Below are positions 61,567 to 64,000 of a stretch of DNA of 64,000 nt, one piece after another; positions within the stretch are counted from its first letter, which is position 1, and every line of letters begins with the position of its first letter. Both the position numbers and the translations under genes were made by a program. Below the pieces are notes generated by a model that was not told where the DNA came from, did no database searches, and saw only the letters and a program-made list of their open reading frames with translations. The stretch is from an uncultured Solirubrobacterales bacterium (GTDB lineage: Bacteria > Actinomycetota > Thermoleophilia > Solirubrobacterales > Solirubrobacteraceae). The stretch covers positions 155,921 to 219,920 of the forward strand of contig CAVRPO010000008.1 in assembly GCA_963723175.1 (NCBI GenBank), in the 5' to 3' direction.

Positions 61567-62718
61567 TTACGCTGCTCGGGCGGCGATACTACGGAGGTTC
61601 TCTGTAGCTTGCACAAGGACGGTAGCTGCGTGCGCTATCTCCTGCTCGGTCGTGAACCGACCAAAGCTCAGGCGTACAGACTCGTTTGCGGCCTGCGCTG
61701 AGACCCCTTGGGCCAGCAACACGTGTGACGGCTCGACCTTGGTTGTCGTGCAGGCCGACCCGCTTGAGAACGCCAGCTCATCTCGTGTCGCGTGCATCAG
61801 CGCGCGAGCACCGACGCTGGCGATGCGTGCACTCACCGTCTGGGGCAGCGATGAGTCAGCCGGTGTGTTGAGCTCCACTTCGCCGATCGACATCAGGGCC
61901 GAGATCAGCTGCTCCTTGAGTCGCCGCTCGCGCGTTGCCTCACGCCGGCGACCCTGGCGAGCTAGCTGGGCCGCAACGCCGAATCCGACAATTCCGGGGA
62001 CGTTGAGAGTGCCTGGCCGCAGGTTGCGCTCGTGCCCGCCGCCGTAGTGCAGCGGCGCCACCTTCATCCGCCGGCCGCGGCGGCGCGCGTACAGCGCACC
62101 GACACCCTTCGGACCGTAGATCTTGTGGGCGGAGAGCGAGAGAAGCGCGATCTGCGCATCGTCGACATCAACGTCGGTGCGTGCGGCGGCTTGGACCGCG
62201 TCGCAGTGCAGCGGAACCTCGGCTTCCGCGCAGATCTGTCCAATCTCGGCTATCGGCTGGATCGCTCCGGTCTCGTTGTTAGCGGCCATCACGCTGACGA
62301 GCGCAGTCTTGCCGGTTATTCGACGCTTGATCTCGGTCGGGTCCACAATGCCGTCCTCTGAGACGGGGGCGATGCGTAGGCGTTTGCCGAGGCGTGCGGC
62401 GGGCTCGAGCACGGCTGGATGCTCTATCGCGCTGACGACGAGCTCGGCGTCGTCCTCTGCCCGGGCAAGCGTTCCGATGATGGCGATGTTGTCTGCCTCA
62501 GTAGCGCCGCTCGTGAAGGTGATCTCCTCAGGCGTAGCACCGATCAGAGAGGCCACCTGCTCGCGTGCAGCCTCGACCGCTTGTTGGGCTTCATGGCCGT
62601 ATAGGTGGTCGATGCTGGCCGCATTGCCGAAGCTGTTCGTGAAGTACGGGAGCATCGCACCGACGACACGCTGGTTGACCGGCGTGGTCGCGTTGTAGTC
62701 GAGGTAGATCGGTCTCAC
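61567..62718 (-). CDS. dndA: Cysteine desulfurase DndA/IscS
   Basis: IYLDYNATTP; ANNETG; SAHKIYGPKGVG; RPGTLNVPGI; SSGSACT; overlaps the dndE stop. Confidence 0.9.
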   Translation of the reverse strand: MRPIYLDYNATTPVNQRVVGAMLPYFTNSFGNAASIDHLYGHEAQQAVEAAREQVASLIGATPEEITFTSGATEADNIAIIGTLARAEDDAELVVSAIEHPAVLEPAARLGKRLRIAPVSEDGIVDPTEIKRRITGKTALVSVMAANNETGAIQPIAEIGQICAEAEVPLHCDAVQAAARTDVDVDDAQIALLSLSAHKIYGPKGVGALYARRRGRRMKVAPLHYGGGHERNLRPGTLNVPGIVGFGVAAQLARQGRRREATRERRLKEQLISALMSIGEVELNTPADSSLPQTVSARIASVGARALMHATRDELAFSSGSACTTTKVEPSHVLLAQGVSAQAANESVRLSFGRFTTEQEIAHAATVLVQATENLRSIAARAA

Positions 62719-63077
62719 AACGCAACGAGGTTCGTGACGTCAGCGAGTGTCCGGACGCGCTTCTGTAGCACCGTAAGACCGCGGTTGATGTGGGCGCGGA
62801 ACCACATGCCCTCATCCGGAGTAGCTGCTGACTGCTCGAGTGCGAGCCACTCACGCAGATAGCCGACGAAGAGACGGTCCCATTCGCCAGTGAGGGTATA
62901 GCGGTTGAACTCGATCCCACGCTCGTCGTAGCTCGCTGGGTCAGGATGGCCTGGCTCGCTGAGCGAGAGGCAGAATGCGAGCCGGCAGAGATATTGATGC
63001 GTCAGCCCAGTTCGTCCCTTCATGGTCCGTAGGATCACGGTCGATGCCTCGTCGAGCTGGATCTTCTTAGCGAGCAC
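62715..63077 (-). CDS. dndE: DNA sulfur modification protein DndE
   Basis: MKGRTGLT...LCRLAFCLSL...GIEFNRYTLTGEWD...FRAHINRGL. Confidence 0.9.
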   Translation of the reverse strand: MLAKKIQLDEASTVILRTMKGRTGLTHQYLCRLAFCLSLSEPGHPDPASYDERGIEFNRYTLTGEWDRLFVGYLREWLALEQSAATPDEGMWFRAHINRGLTVLQKRVRTLADVTNLVAL

Positions 63078-64000
63078 CGGCTACAGCCTCCTCCGAGGTA
63101 CTGAAGTACCCCTCCTCGACCGACGTCGAGGCTGTCTTTACGTCGTGGCGCAGGAAGATCCGCCGTGCCGTCGCCGACTCAAGCTCGGCGGCCGCGGCAA
63201 CGTCAACCTCCGTATCGGTCGAGAGCACGATGACCTGGTGGCTGACGTGTGGAAGATACTCGCGCAAGATTCGGCGCCTATGCTCATGATCAAGTCGCGC
63301 CAGGGGCGTATCTACGACAACGGGAAGCGGCCGCTGCGAGGCCTTTGCAAGCGCCCAAAGAATCGCGATTGCGAACAGCTGCTTCTCGCCAGCCGAGAGC
63401 CGGTCCTTCGGCAGCTCCGCCCCATCCCAGCGGACAACGTGGACGCGGAACGTCTCCGGATCGATCCGGATCTGGCTGAGTAGCTCGCCCTTACGCGAGA
63501 GCCGGTTGAAGTAGCGCGTCGCTTCAAGTGCAACCTGCTCGAGCCGTCGATGTTCAGCACGCTCGCCGTATTCCTCGAGTAGCGCGACGGTTCGGAGCGC
63601 GAGCTCCGCCGACTGGACTCCCTTACTCCGTTTGGCTGCGGCTTCCTCAGCCCGACGAAGCTCGCGCTCGGCCACCTTCAGTTCGTGATCAGCTTGGCGA
63701 CGCTCATCGTCGAGGCGAGCCATCTCTCCAGTGAGCTCACCGAGCTTCCGCTCCGTCGCCTGGAGCTCCTCGATCAGCGGCGCAAGGGCTTCATCGTCCG
63801 GCACGCGCTGAAGCTGGCGCTCTGCCCGCTCCTGGCGACTCTGCGCACGGCGCAGGCGTTTCGCTAGACGCGCCGCATCTGCTCGAACGCCATCGCGAAT
63901 CATTCGCAGCTGGTCAAGCAGCACCGCCCGCTCGGCCGCGCTCACGTCATGGAGCCGGGGCGTGGCCAGCTCGGCGCTTACACCCAGCAATTCGCGCAGG
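63067..64000 (-). CDS. dndD: DNA sulfur modification protein DndD (SMC-like ATPase), C-terminal part
   Basis: Coiled coil, then RLSAGEKQLFAIAILWAL...PVVVDTPLARLDHEHR...SHQVIVLSTDTEV; runs off the window edge. Confidence 0.93.
   Translation of the reverse strand, partial: LRELLGVSAELATPRLHDVSAAERAVLLDQLRMIRDGVRADAARLAKRLRRAQSRQERAERQLQRVPDDEALAPLIEELQATERKLGELTGEMARLDDERRQADHELKVAERELRRAEEAAAKRSKGVQSAELALRTVALLEEYGERAEHRRLEQVALEATRYFNRLSRKGELLSQIRIDPETFRVHVVRWDGAELPKDRLSAGEKQLFAIAILWALAKASQRPLPVVVDTPLARLDHEHRRRILREYLPHVSHQVIVLSTDTEVDVAAAAELESATARRIFLRHDVKTASTSVEEGYFSTSEEAVAGAR

Noticed and set aside
1-64000. Long overlapping and antisense ORFs in the track (e.g. 9346-11073 +, 25860-26867 +, 35614-36540 -)
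   Set aside because: Shadow frames of real genes in high-GC DNA; Arg/Ala/Pro-rich with no motifs
1-64000. CRISPR array, rRNA, tRNA, integrase
   Set aside because: No regularly spaced repeats or recognisable structural RNA or recombinase motifs seen by eye

Overview
GC-rich bacterial DNA, by inference from an actinobacterium of the Thermoleophilia/Solirubrobacterales type. It has two parts. (1) About 3.1-42.3 kb is a near-complete monoderm flagellar gene cluster: flagellin, export gate, motor/switch, rod/hook, chaperones, FliA, FliW-CsrA, a TPR glycosyltransferase, two peptidoglycan hydrolases and a PilZ protein, preceded by a GGDEF/HD-GYP gene. I could read about nine sigma28-type promoters, a CsrA hairpin in the flagellin leader and two unexplained repeated intergenic motifs. 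No L/P-ring genes, flgM, flhG or che genes are visible. Many genes are split by 1-nt frameshifts that look like long-read assembly indels rather than decay. (2) About 43.2-64 kb is an accessory/defence island. It carries an ECF sigma/anti-sigma pair, a yeeABC-like MTase-helicase-GIY-YIG operon, an IS1182 remnant and an HTH-pseudo-nucleotidyltransferase plus nucleotidyltransferase pair. It also has a tightly coupled four-gene operon (minimal SNF2 ATPase, orphan ParB, ParB-HTH-like protein, beta-CASP/MBL nuclease) under an apparent LexA box. That operon converges on a DNA phosphorothioation cluster (dndD, dndE, dndA) ending in a DUF262-HNH (SspE/GmrSD-like) gene with atypical catalytic motifs. 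The SNF2-ParB-ParB-like-MBL operon beside dnd matches no system I recognise and is the best candidate for an undescribed system. All family calls come from motifs read by eye; no database searches were run.
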